From assembly GCA_963667845.2 (NCBI GenBank), contig CAXXVL010000002.1, forward strand, positions 1,408,001 to 1,472,000: 64,000 nucleotides of DNA. The letters run 5' to 3'. Within the stretch, counting starts at the first letter, position 1. Every line of letters starts with the position of its first letter. Position numbers and translations under genes: made by a program. The notes under the pieces are model-generated. The model was not told where the DNA came from, made no database searches, and saw nothing but the letters and a program-made list of their open reading frames with translations. Shown piece after piece: positions 49,966 to 59,690 of this stretch. Source of the DNA: Smithellaceae bacterium (lineage in GTDB: Bacteria > Desulfobacterota > Syntrophia > Syntrophales > Smithellaceae).

Positions 49966-51456
49966 TCAGATGGCCGGCCGGCGGTTAAACCAGGGCGCTG
50001 CTCTTTCCAGTTGAGAGGCCAGCTGGAATAAGAGCGATTCCTCACCGAAACGTCCGATAAACTGCACGCCGCAGGGCAGTCCGCCCTTGCTCCAGTGGAG
50101 CGGCACCGACATGGCCGGCTGGCCCGTGAGGTTCGCCAGTTGTGTGAAAGGCATTTTGGAGAGGCCTTTGGTGGCCAGCATATCGGCAATACCCGACGCT
50201 TTGAGAAGTCCGCCCAGATTCAGGCCGTTGATAATTTTCAGGATGAATTGTTCGGCCGGTTTCTGCTGAAGCTCGCCGATCTTCGGCGGCAGTGAAGCGA
50301 TTGTCGGGGTCAGATACAGATCATAGGTTTCGTGAAATTTTGCCATCTGCCGCGAGAAGGTATTCCACTGACGCTGGGCCAGAACAAAGTCGCCCGCGGA
50401 AAATGTTTTACCCAGCAAATTTAAGGCCCAGGTTGACTCTTCCGTGTCATGATGATTGAGCGGCCGGCCGACAACACTTTTCAGTTCCATGATATCCGCA
50501 GCCACTTCTCCGAAATACATCATCACGTAACTTTTGCCCAATGCCTCCCCGTCAATGCCGTTATTAGCTTCCTCGACGTGATGTCCGAGACTTTCCAGAA
50601 GTTTGGCTGCGCCCAAAACTGCTTCGACGCATTCGGGGTGGACGTTTGCCCTGAGCGGCGACTGAATCGTATAGCCGATCCTGAGCGGCTTCGGGTCCTC
50701 GCCCGCGCAGGCGAGATACGGTCTTGTCGGCTGGGGGATGATGTAAGGCGCGCCGGGATCAGCGCCGTTTGTGGCATCGAGGATGGCCGCCGAGTCGCGC
50801 ACCGACCGCGTGACCACGCCTTCGACCTCCGCCCCCTGCCAAATTTCGCCCGATTCGGGTCCGAGCGGATTGCGTCCGCGCGTAACTTTCAGGCCGAATA
50901 GCCCGCAGCAGGAAGACGGAATGCGGATTGATCCGCCCCCGTCGCCGCCGGACGCCAGCGGGACAAACCCCGCGGCAACCGACGCCGCCGATCCGCCGCT
51001 TGATCCGCCGGGCGTATGATTAAGATTCCAGGGATTGCGCGTCGGGCCGTGCAGTTCGGGTTCGGTCACCCCCATCAGGCCGAATTCCGGCGTATTGGTT
51101 TTGCCCAGAACAATCAGCCCCGCCGCTCTGTAGCGACGCGCCATTTCACTGTCCACCGTCGGCACATAGTTTTTGCAGGATTTGCTGCCTTTGGTCATCG
51201 GAAAACCGGCGATGGCCGAGACGAGATCCTTGCACAAAAAAGGCACGCCCGCGAAAGGACCCTGCGGAATCTGTCCCGCCGCCGCTTTGCGCGCCGACTC
51301 ATCCATGCGGTAGATGACCGCGTTCAGTTTCGGGTTGACGCTCTCAATGCGCCCGATCGCTGCCTCGCACAGCTCCAGCGGGGTTACATCCTTCTTTCTG
51401 ACCAGTTCGGCAAGCCCCAGACCGTCGTATTTCTCATAGTCGGCAAAATGCGTCAT
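49966..51456 (-). CDS. Amidase signature family protein
   Basis: [27 protein letters not shown]. Confidence 0.92.
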   Translation of the reverse strand: MTHFADYEKYDGLGLAELVRKKDVTPLELCEAAIGRIESVNPKLNAVIYRMDESARKAAAGQIPQGPFAGVPFLCKDLVSAIAGFPMTKGSKSCKNYVPTVDSEMARRYRAAGLIVLGKTNTPEFGLMGVTEPELHGPTRNPWNLNHTPGGSSGGSAASVAAGFVPLASGGDGGGSIRIPSSCCGLFGLKVTRGRNPLGPESGEIWQGAEVEGVVTRSVRDSAAILDATNGADPGAPYIIPQPTRPYLACAGEDPKPLRIGYTIQSPLRANVHPECVEAVLGAAKLLESLGHHVEEANNGIDGEALGKSYVMMYFGEVAADIMELKSVVGRPLNHHDTEESTWALNLLGKTFSAGDFVLAQRQWNTFSRQMAKFHETYDLYLTPTIASLPPKIGELQQKPAEQFILKIINGLNLGGLLKASGIADMLATKGLSKMPFTQLANLTGQPAMSVPLHWSKGGLPCGVQFIGRFGEESLLFQLASQLERAAPWFNRRPAI

Positions 51457-51804
51457 GTCTTTCTCCTGTGCTGTTTAGCAAAAAAATAAAACGTTTGGCG
51501 GGTGGTTGGAATGACAACGCGGCTGCCGTTTTGGAAACCGGAACAGACAACCCTCGTGATTTTTAATTTTGAGATTATAGTGAAGGCGGCCAATGCAAGT
51601 CAAGATTAATTTCCATGCGGACGTCGGAAGTCAAAGGAGGAAGCCCTGCCGCGGACAAAAGGCAGCGATCCACGGTGCAGAAAGGCGACAGGCAGGCAGC
51701 AGGATCAGCCGAAGCCGGTAAAGTCGGCCCTTTCCCGCCTGGGGCCTTAAGATCGAGTGCCAATGGAATGCCGATTCCGCAGGAGCCCGCGTCAGCGGTT
51801 TCTC

Positions 51805-52644
51805 CTACGGCAGGATGGCGAACACCCGGGCCGGAAAGCCGGATCCGCCTTTTGGCTTGGGGAAAGTCGCCACCGCCAGGGCGCCTGTTTCGGGCACCTG
51901 GTCCAAATTCGTCAGAAGTTCAATCTGGTAATGGTCTTGCTGCAATATGTAAACTTCCAGGGAGTAGTCGTCCTTCGACGTGGCAATCCCGGGATCCGTG
52001 TCAGTGGTCTCATGACCGGATGCTGTGATTTTGCGATTCTCATAGAGATATTTCAGCACCTCCAGGCTCCAACCGGGATAGTGGGCAGTTCCACCGGCAT
52101 CCTTGTTATACATGGCTTTCATATCGGGCCAGCGTTTGCACCAGTCTGTGCGCATCGCGACAAAAGAGCCTTCCGGGATGGGGCCATGGCGCTTTTCCCA
52201 ATTCTTCACGTCCTCCATGGTGATGGTGTAGTCAGGATTCCCGGCAGCTTTGGCGTGAACATCGATGACGACCAGGGGAAGGATCATTTCCTTCACACTA
52301 ATCTGATCCACGGTGCGGGCGCCTTTCACGAAGTGAGCCGGCGGGTCTACATGCGTTCCCCACTGGCCGACGTGAGTGAAGGACTGTGCATAAAAGCCGC
52401 TCCCCATTGTTCCCCTACCCGGCTCATACCAGTACAGGGTCTCACGCTTTTCATCGGGATAGTTTTTCCAATGAGGCACTCCGGGAGCAAAGGCGTGGGT
52501 GAGATCAACAAATTTCTTTGTCCGGATCACCTGCCACGCATCATTGAGCGTAAGCTCCCCGGAAGCATAACAGCAGGGGGTTGCATCGACGATCATCCCT
52601 GTCAGCATGATCAACAGTCCGGCAATGATGCTTGTGGCTTTCAA
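51805..52644 (-). CDS. Cyclase family (kynurenine formamidase-like) metal-dependent hydrolase, probably exported
   Basis: VDLTH, GTHVDPPAHF, YPG, IELL, GSGFPARV; TTG start at 52644 after GGGAGG (the 53055 start overlaps the next gene). Confidence 0.82.
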   Translation of the reverse strand: MKATSIIAGLLIMLTGMIVDATPCCYASGELTLNDAWQVIRTKKFVDLTHAFAPGVPHWKNYPDEKRETLYWYEPGRGTMGSGFYAQSFTHVGQWGTHVDPPAHFVKGARTVDQISVKEMILPLVVIDVHAKAAGNPDYTITMEDVKNWEKRHGPIPEGSFVAMRTDWCKRWPDMKAMYNKDAGGTAHYPGWSLEVLKYLYENRKITASGHETTDTDPGIATSKDDYSLEVYILQQDHYQIELLTNLDQVPETGALAVATFPKPKGGSGFPARVFAILP

Positions 52645-52832
52645 AATCTTACCCTCCCTGTTGCGACGTGAAGCCGCTGCCCCGGACTGCTGATGAAGAA
52701 ATCGACCGGAGCTAAGCGTTCCGCTCCATTCTTTTGTATTAGCCCGGCACCGGGCATGACCTTGCGGGTCAAAAAGTTCTCCGCTGAAGATTTTCCATTT
52801 CTCGTATCTAGGGTGACCTGGTCTTTTGATAG

Positions 52833-53471
52833 TTACAACCAGCGTACCGATTTTGCCAGCGTCGGATATTCGACGGACGGAGGCTGATACCCGGCTGCCG
52901 GATATCCCAGTGCGCAGCCATCCAGTGCGTATTCTCCGGCGGGAACGCCGAGGAGGCTGCAAAAATCCGGGTCGCCATCCATTTGCGTCGTTGCACTGAT
53001 CAGTTGAAAACCGATCCCCAGCGACGTTGCCTTGAGCCACATATTTGCCAGACAATAGCTGAGCGATTGCGCTGCAATCGGCGGCATTCCCTTTTTTTCT
53101 GCGACAACAACAAAGTACGGCGCGTTGCCCACACCGGGTACACCCTGTTGCCCGACGCGCTTTAGATTCTGCACAAAAGGCACGAGACCTGCCTTCTTCT
53201 CCAGTTCCTCGGCCTGCCTCGCTATCCTGTTTTTCAGAATATCCGCCGCCGCTTCCATCGCTGCCGTCGATCTTTGAATCACGAATACCTTACGAAAATC
53301 AGGACTCCCGGCAACGGCCAGCGCCGCAAAGGGCGCCAGCAGACCCGCCTGGATGATCGCCTCAACATCCTCCCTGCTTGGCGGGGCGGGACTGAATGCT
53401 CTCACGGAGTGCCGCGCTCTGATAATGACGTCAAGAGTTGCACTGTGTTCGGTTGTGATGTTTTCAAACAT
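52833..53471 (-). CDS. Nitroreductase family protein
   Basis: RHSVRAF, LAP, NMWLKATSLGIG, ALGYP. Confidence 0.85.
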   Translation of the reverse strand: MFENITTEHSATLDVIIRARHSVRAFSPAPPSREDVEAIIQAGLLAPFAALAVAGSPDFRKVFVIQRSTAAMEAAADILKNRIARQAEELEKKAGLVPFVQNLKRVGQQGVPGVGNAPYFVVVAEKKGMPPIAAQSLSYCLANMWLKATSLGIGFQLISATTQMDGDPDFCSLLGVPAGEYALDGCALGYPAAGYQPPSVEYPTLAKSVRWL

Positions 53472-53605
53472 GCTGCTTTCCTCTCGTTTGTTGTCTTTCC
53501 CTTATGTCTGGTGAAAGCTCAGCCTGAGCGTTTCACAGGGCTGTGTTCGGTCCGTCGGTCGGTCGCGCAATTATTCGATAGAACCTTCTCCAATGATTCT
53601 CTATT

Positions 53606-54661
53606 TCAGTCCTTTATTTGTTTTTTTACCGATTTGATGAAACGTCCGAAAGCTTTGTCCTTTTTTCGTTTGTCCAGGTATGACATCTCGTAATACTCTG
53701 ATTCCTTCTTGAGCTTGATATAGCTGGAATAGCGGTCTTCAGACAGCTCACCATTTTCGGCTGCGGCCCGGACGGCACAGCCGGGCTCGTGTTCATGGCT
53801 GCAATTCGCATATCGGCATTTTGCCGAAAGTGCGACAAATTCTTCAAACCCGATGTTGACCCCCTCGCCGGCGCCGACAATACCCAGCTCGCGCATACCG
53901 GGCGTATCAATCAACATCGCGCCTTGGCTAAGAACAATGAGGTGACGGCGGGAAGTCGTATGAGTGCCTTCTCCCGTACCACTGACGGTTTTTGTGTTAA
54001 AGGCTTCCCGACCCATGAGGCGGTTGATGAGAGTCGTCTTCCCGACACCCGATGAACCAAGCAGGCAATACGTCTTTCCCATGGATAACGTTTGTCTGAA
54101 CTCATCAAACCCGATGCCGGTGATATTGCTAAGGGCGATCACTTTTGCTTTGGTGACAGATCTGATGACTGCAATCTTCTGATCCAATTCATCAGGGGAG
54201 ATCAAATCAGTTTTTGTGAGTATGACAATTGGTTCAACATGTCCGTCAGCTGCCATTACGAGGTAGCGATCCAACCGATGTGGATTAAAATCAAAGTGGC
54301 ACGATTGAACAATATAAGCGATATCTATGTTGGCGGCAATCATCTGGTAGTCGATCTTTTCGCCGGCGGTTTTGCGCCGCAAGAACGTCTTTCGCGGAAA
54401 CACCCGGTGGATGACAGCTGCCGTGTCATTATCGTAGTATTGTGCCGTCACCCAGTCTCCGACACAGGGAAGATTAACGGGACTTTCAATTTGATAAGAA
54501 AGCTTCCCTGTTAGTTCAGCCGGAATTTCTCTAGATTCGTCCCTGATAAGATACGAGCCGCGGTCAACTGCAGATATGCGCACAAAGCTGCAACCCTCCT
54601 GGCAGAACTCAGGGGAATGAACTTCAAACCATTGGTCAAATCCCAGATCTCTCAATTTCAT
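53606..54661 (-). CDS. rsgA: Ribosome small subunit-dependent GTPase A family (probable paralogue)
   Basis: VGDWV, AANID, TKTD, GSSGVGKTT, HTT, DTPGMRE, CRYANCSHEHEPGC Zn finger. Confidence 0.9.
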   Translation of the reverse strand: MKLRDLGFDQWFEVHSPEFCQEGCSFVRISAVDRGSYLIRDESREIPAELTGKLSYQIESPVNLPCVGDWVTAQYYDNDTAAVIHRVFPRKTFLRRKTAGEKIDYQMIAANIDIAYIVQSCHFDFNPHRLDRYLVMAADGHVEPIVILTKTDLISPDELDQKIAVIRSVTKAKVIALSNITGIGFDEFRQTLSMGKTYCLLGSSGVGKTTLINRLMGREAFNTKTVSGTGEGTHTTSRRHLIVLSQGAMLIDTPGMRELGIVGAGEGVNIGFEEFVALSAKCRYANCSHEHEPGCAVRAAAENGELSEDRYSSYIKLKKESEYYEMSYLDKRKKDKAFGRFIKSVKKQIKD

Positions 54662-54672
54662 ATAGTAGTATC

Positions 54673-54737
54673 ACTGAACGACAAGCTCAGCTGGAGCGGC
54701 CCAGCGGGCCGCGATCGGCAGGAGCGACGGGTTATGC
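54673..54737 (-). mobile_element. Integron attC recombination site (65 bp)
   Basis: Minus strand: GCATAAC-CCGTC-GCTCCTGC...GCGGCCC-GCT-GGGCCGC...GCTGAGC-TTGTC-GTTCAGT, i.e. R''-5nt-L''...L'-5nt-R'. Confidence 0.85.
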
Positions 54738-55302
54738 TTATTTAATTTCCATCTCTTTCTTCACTCACACTTCCCCTGTTCCATAATTATTCAATTTTCA
54801 TTTTTAGCCATTTTAAAATACCAAACTTCTCAAGATATTCTGATTTGCCATATTCTTCGAAACCATATTTAATCCAGTGATGTATTTTCTTTTCTACAGA
54901 CATTGCGCAAACATACTCAGCGCCATGTTTCAATCCTGTATTTAGCTGTGCCTTAAAAAGTAAATCGCCGATTCCACGATTCTGAAACTCCGACAATACT
55001 TGAATAAGATGAATATAATAATATTTGCCATTCAAATTGAATAAATCGTGCGCTCCTCTGTTTGTGTTTAAGGAAGAAATTGGTTTCATAGATTCAATCG
55101 GAAACCCCTCAGAACTGCCAACTATTTTAGAATTTAATTCTGCAAGGAAATAACCGTTAAGAAATAATCTCATGGTATTCTGATAAAATTTCTCACAATC
55201 ATTATAACTTGTATTCCAAAAGCTACAGTTCAATTTTGCAAAATTTACACTATTCGTTAATTCAGCTCTTTTGATTACGGTATCCATATTTTATAGGCAT
55301 AA
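54679..55302 (-). mobile_element. Integron gene cassette carrying a GNAT gene
   Basis: Begins at core site GTTATGC (55303-55297), the exact complement of the attC R'' GCATAAC; single AT-rich ORF; ends in attC. Confidence 0.82.
54787..55287 (-). CDS. GNAT family N-acetyltransferase
   Basis: IQVLSEFQNRGIGDLL acetyl-CoA motif, KYGF; very AT-rich relative to flanks. Confidence 0.82.
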   Translation of the reverse strand: MDTVIKRAELTNSVNFAKLNCSFWNTSYNDCEKFYQNTMRLFLNGYFLAELNSKIVGSSEGFPIESMKPISSLNTNRGAHDLFNLNGKYYYIHLIQVLSEFQNRGIGDLLFKAQLNTGLKHGAEYVCAMSVEKKIHHWIKYGFEEYGKSEYLEKFGILKWLKMKIE

Positions 55303-55431
55303 CAATTAATATACGTGGCAAGCTTTTTCCGAAATTTGTCGCAATTCTACTCTTTTTGCGGCAAAACGCAAATTGAAGAATCGTCATAGAAATAGACGCT
55401 TCACTCTTCACGGGCAACCGTTTAAGCTAAG

Positions 55432-56823
55432 TTACGATTCTTTTTTATTCAGGAAAATCTGCTCGACGCGGCGGAAGTCTATTTTGCCGGTGGTCGTGCG
55501 GACAATGGAGGGGACGATTTTAATACGACGGGGCATGGCATAGGGTTCAAGCTTTTCGAGGATCATCTTTTTGAGCTGGATTTCGGTGAGTTCGCAGGCG
55601 ACCAGAGCGGCAATCACGCTTTCGCGGCCTTTTTCGGCGGGAAGCGCGATGACCACGGCGTCGCGCACGGTGGGCAGCGTCTGGATCTTGTTCTGAACGT
55701 CCAGGAGATCGACGCGCTTTCCGGCGACCTTCACAATGCCGTCGGCGCGCCCGAGCAGCAGAAAGCGTCCGTTTTTATCCGGCTGAACTTCGTCGCCGGT
55801 CACGCAATAGCCGTCGGCGTCCGTCTCCATCTCGCGGGAGACGAAATCCGAGCGTACGGCCAGCCGTTTACCGGAGAGCCTCCAGGAGACTACATCGGCG
55901 GGCTTCCAGCTTTCCGTATTTTCGCTGATACTGCGCGAGGCGATGCCGCCCGTTTCCGTCGAACCGTAAATTTCATTGATGCCCAGTCCGGTTTTTTTCA
56001 AAAAATGCGTTGCGTCGGAGCGGTTTAAAACGCCCGAAGACGAAAAGGCGATTTTGAGCGACGGTGCCGCAAGATTATCGACTTTCAAAGACCGGTAGTG
56101 GATCGGAACGCTGACCAGCACGGTGGCCTTGTTCCGGTTGACAGTCGAGATAATTTCCTGCGGAAAGGTGTAAATTTCGGGCATGACCCGGGCGTGGGCG
56201 AGAAATGGCGCCAGAACGGAAAAGAGCAGGCCGTAAATGTGATACGGGGGGACGGTGGAGAGGAACAGGTCCTTGTCGGTCAGTTCGAATTTATCGCGCA
56301 GATAAAGCGCTTCGGCCAGAAGGTTGCGCGGCGATTTGGACCAGACCCGGGGTTTGCCGGTCGATCCGCCGGTAAAAAGCCTTAAGAAAGGTTCGTCGGG
56401 GTCGCGCATATTTTCGGGATTCAAGTCGGCGGGGTTTCCCGTAACCGGCGTGATGATCTCGACGCCCGGCATTTCTTCGGGATGATCGGCGATAGCGGTA
56501 TCGAAACCGACCGCTTCGTACATTTCCATCAGGGCGTGCGTCGAAAATGAGTAGGGCAAAATCAGCCGGCAGGCGCCGGAAAGCGAAGCCAGAATGGAGG
56601 CGGCGATCACCGCTTTGTTTTCCGTACAGAGGCAGACGGACTTTCCTCCGCCGCGCCGGGCCAGGGTTTTCTTCAAGCCGGCGGCGAGTTCAAAAATTTC
56701 GCCGTAGGTATGCCCGCAATAGGTGAATTCTTTCTGGCAGAGTGTTTTCGAGGGGACCAGAATCTTCTTATAGGTAGTGATAAAATGGTCTTTTTCTTCT
56801 ATGGCCATATCATTATTATTCAT
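55432..56823 (-). CDS. Adenylate-forming acyl-CoA/acyl-ACP ligase
   Basis: FTGGSTGKPR, VPPYHIYG, EIYGSTETGG, GRADGIVKVAGKRV. Confidence 0.85.
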   Translation of the reverse strand: MNNNDMAIEEKDHFITTYKKILVPSKTLCQKEFTYCGHTYGEIFELAAGLKKTLARRGGGKSVCLCTENKAVIAASILASLSGACRLILPYSFSTHALMEMYEAVGFDTAIADHPEEMPGVEIITPVTGNPADLNPENMRDPDEPFLRLFTGGSTGKPRVWSKSPRNLLAEALYLRDKFELTDKDLFLSTVPPYHIYGLLFSVLAPFLAHARVMPEIYTFPQEIISTVNRNKATVLVSVPIHYRSLKVDNLAAPSLKIAFSSSGVLNRSDATHFLKKTGLGINEIYGSTETGGIASRSISENTESWKPADVVSWRLSGKRLAVRSDFVSREMETDADGYCVTGDEVQPDKNGRFLLLGRADGIVKVAGKRVDLLDVQNKIQTLPTVRDAVVIALPAEKGRESVIAALVACELTEIQLKKMILEKLEPYAMPRRIKIVPSIVRTTTGKIDFRRVEQIFLNKKES

Positions 56824-57199
56824 AAGTTACTTTATGGAATATTTATAAGAAATAATAAAAAAAAGCAATGCAGGTTTTTGCGGTTCAGTTCATAACCCGA
56901 TTTTTCATGGAGTTTGCGGATCAATTGGAATGTTTTTTGTTGACTGTGAGCTGTTTTTTCATTAATTTAATCATTCCAGTTCTGAAAGTGCAATCGGATG
57001 CATGATCTAGCATGATCGACTTGTCAATTCGATGATCCGACCGCCTCGCGGCGGCGGGAGAAAGGCAACATACGAATCTGCACCCTGCAAGACAGGTACG
57101 GATTAGCATGGTGCAGCGAAAGAAACGGTTATCGTCCTTCCCGTATTCAAGGATGAAAGGCACCGATATCCCGGTTCAAGAAAGAGAAGAAAACGGCTT

Positions 57200-57622
57200 A
57201 TGATTGATATCGAATCTTTGATTCCGCACCGTAACCCGATGAAAATCATTACGGAAGTTATAGAATTGGAGGATCATGCCGGGGTCGCTGCCGCCGTGGT
57301 CAATGAACACTGGCCGTTGTGCGACGGCCGGTCCGTCGAGTCGCTTATTCTAATTGAGGCCATTGCCCAGACGGCAGCCATCGTGGAGGGAGCCAAGCGG
57401 CAAAGGCAGGGGAAGAGCGCGACAAAAGGCTGGCTTGTCGGCATCAAGTCGGCCGACTTCAAACAGGATACCGTTCCCGTAGGAACCCGCATCACGGTGG
57501 CCGTCAAAAGTCTTTACGCGATGGAAAGCTATGGCGTGATCGAAGGAATCGTTAAATCCGGCGATGACGTTCTGCTGACGGCCGTTCTTCAGGCCATGCG
57601 CCTGAATCAGGATGTTTCATAA
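57200..57622 (+). CDS. Hotdog-fold 3-hydroxyacyl-ACP dehydratase-like protein (ApeP/FabZ-like)
   Basis: LIPHRNPM, IEAIAQ, GWLVGIK. Confidence 0.8.
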   Translation: MIDIESLIPHRNPMKIITEVIELEDHAGVAAAVVNEHWPLCDGRSVESLILIEAIAQTAAIVEGAKRQRQGKSATKGWLVGIKSADFKQDTVPVGTRITVAVKSLYAMESYGVIEGIVKSGDDVLLTAVLQAMRLNQDVS

Positions 57623-57646
57623 ATAAACAAAGGAGGCCGTGAGGAC

Positions 57647-58381
57647 ATGGATGAAAGGAAAATAGCGATTGTAACGGGCGCCAGCCGGGGCATAGGACGC
57701 GCAACTGCCGTGGAGCTGGCCGGAACCGGATACTATATCGTGATTAATTACAATTCCAACGAGGAGGCGGCAAAAGAAACGCTTGCCCAGGTGCAGGCTG
57801 CGGGGTCGGACGGTGAAATACAAAAATTCGACGTGGCTAACGCCGAGGAAGTCAAAGAAGCCGTGGCGAAGATTGCAGCGACGCACAAGCGGATCGACGT
57901 TCTGGTGAATAACGCCGGTGTCACGGCCGACGGTCTTTTTATGATGATGGGCGACGAGGAATGGCTGAAAGTAATCAATACGACGCTCAATGGATTTTTT
58001 AATGTGACGAAACCCGTCCTGCGCGAAATGGTCAGGAAGAAGCGTGGTTCGATTGTGTCGGTTTCGTCCGTTTCGGCCGAGATGCCCAATCGCGGTCAGG
58101 CGAATTACGCCGCCGCCAAGGCCGGTGTCACCGCGGCCACGCGGTCTCTTTCCAAAGAAGTGGCGCGGTTCGGCATCCGGGTGAACGTTGTTGCGCCGGG
58201 CCCGGTAGAAACGGATATGCTGAAAAGCATGCCGATGGACGCGAGTATGATCAAAGCCGCCATTCCGATGGCGCGCGTGGGAAAGCCGGAAGAAATCGCC
58301 CGCGTGATCCGCTTTTTATGTTCGGAGGACGCGTCCTACATTACGGGGCAGGTGATTACTGTCAACGGCGGGATGTTTTGA
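57647..58381 (+). CDS. fabG: 3-oxoacyl-ACP reductase (FabG-like SDR)
   Basis: TGASRGIG, NNAG, YAAAK, ITGQVITVNGG. Confidence 0.9.
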   Translation: MDERKIAIVTGASRGIGRATAVELAGTGYYIVINYNSNEEAAKETLAQVQAAGSDGEIQKFDVANAEEVKEAVAKIAATHKRIDVLVNNAGVTADGLFMMMGDEEWLKVINTTLNGFFNVTKPVLREMVRKKRGSIVSVSSVSAEMPNRGQANYAAAKAGVTAATRSLSKEVARFGIRVNVVAPGPVETDMLKSMPMDASMIKAAIPMARVGKPEEIARVIRFLCSEDASYITGQVITVNGGMF

Positions 58382-58383
58382 AG

Positions 58384-59013
58384 ATGACCGGGTCTCAGAC
58401 GATGAAAAGAACGGCTCTGCTTTTACTGGCTGTGCTGCTGACGTCACCGCTTGCTGTCCGGGCGGATGACTTTGCGGGGCTGCGCAAGGATTCGGCGCGC
58501 ATTTCAACGATTTCCGCTGATTTCGTTCAGAAGAAATTCATGAAAATTTTGTCCAAGCCGCTGGTTTCGGAAGGGAAGTTTTATTTTGCTCAGCCCGACT
58601 CCATGCGCTGGGAGTATAATAAACCCGTCAAAAGCGTCGTCATCTCCAGCAAGGGGGCTGCCAAACGCTATATTGCCTCCGAAGGCAAAATGGTCGAAGA
58701 CAAAACCGGCGGCGCGAGGGCGATGAAAATTGTGCTTGATGAAGTCGCCGGCTGGATGAGCGGCAGGTTTGATTCCAACCCCTCCTTTGCCGCCGCGCTT
58801 AAGGAAGGGCCTCCCACGGTGATCACGCTGACGCCGGTCGAGAAGAGCATGTCCGGCATGATCGAAAAGATTGAGATCACTATTTCACGCAAAGATATGG
58901 CGGTTAAATCCGTGCGGATTATCGAAAGCGCGACCGCCGAAACCCGTATCGATTTCCAGCATGTCGTCATCAATAAAGAAATTAATCCGTCCGTGTTTCG
59001 AGATGTTCAATGA
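58384..59013 (+). CDS. LolA-like outer-membrane lipoprotein carrier family protein
   Basis: Signal peptide, ADFVQKK, SEGKFYF..PDSMRWEY..P. Confidence 0.8.
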   Translation: MTGSQTMKRTALLLLAVLLTSPLAVRADDFAGLRKDSARISTISADFVQKKFMKILSKPLVSEGKFYFAQPDSMRWEYNKPVKSVVISSKGAAKRYIASEGKMVEDKTGGARAMKIVLDEVAGWMSGRFDSNPSFAAALKEGPPTVITLTPVEKSMSGMIEKIEITISRKDMAVKSVRIIESATAETRIDFQHVVINKEINPSVFRDVQ

Positions 59014-59690
59014 GAGGTTTCCTTTTACTGATAAGCGCCTTGCTGCTGGTTTCCTGCGCGGCATTGCCGGCCATCGCTCCGCCCGGGGGCAAGGCGGAAA
59101 AACCAATGGTCTGTCCGTCTCCTTATTGCACGGGGAAATACCGATTCATTCATGCACTGGAAGTGCGCCTGGCCAGTCAGGCGCAAACCGTCATGGTCGG
59201 CGTGACGTTGATTGATCCGGCCGCGCGCACCATTTCCTGTGCGCTCGTGAGCACGGAAGGCCTAGCTTTCTTTGAAGCCTCGCAGGGGCCGGATGGCCTT
59301 GCCGTCAGCCGCGCGCTTCCGCCCTTTGATTCGGGGGATTTTGCCCGGAATATGATGGACGATATTGGGCTGATTTTTCTTGCGCCGCAGGAAGCGCCCG
59401 TTCAGAAGGGCGTCCTGGCGGGAGGCGATGCCGTCTGCCGGTACAAAGGGTCTGCGGGCTGGATCGATGTCGGGACGGGCCGTGACGGGCGCATCCAAAT
59501 CCGGCGTTATTCGCAGCGGGGCGGCCTTGAGCGCAGCGTCACGCTTGCGGGGGGCGCCAATCCCTATTCCACCATAGAACTGCACGCAGCGGGCCTATTC
59601 GAATACGAGCTGATCATGACGTTGATTGAATCCGAGGCCGTGCCGAATGAATCCCTGCCTGAAGATAAGATCAAAGGACCCCACTCATGA
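59010..59690 (+). CDS. Hypothetical lipoprotein (possibly DUF3261/LolB-like)
   Basis: Lipobox LVSC; coupled to the LolA-like gene. Confidence 0.6.
   Translation: MRGFLLLISALLLVSCAALPAIAPPGGKAEKPMVCPSPYCTGKYRFIHALEVRLASQAQTVMVGVTLIDPAARTISCALVSTEGLAFFEASQGPDGLAVSRALPPFDSGDFARNMMDDIGLIFLAPQEAPVQKGVLAGGDAVCRYKGSAGWIDVGTGRDGRIQIRRYSQRGGLERSVTLAGGANPYSTIELHAAGLFEYELIMTLIESEAVPNESLPEDKIKGPHS

Noticed and set aside
52716..52744. Possible third attC remnant (minus strand GCTAATACAAAAGAATGGAGCGGAACGC)
   Set aside because: Resembles only a left half; no matching L'/R' arm or GTT core.
52645..53055. 137-aa N-terminal extension of the cyclase ORF
   Set aside because: Overlaps the nitroreductase gene; a better RBS and TTG with signal-like sequence occur at 52644.
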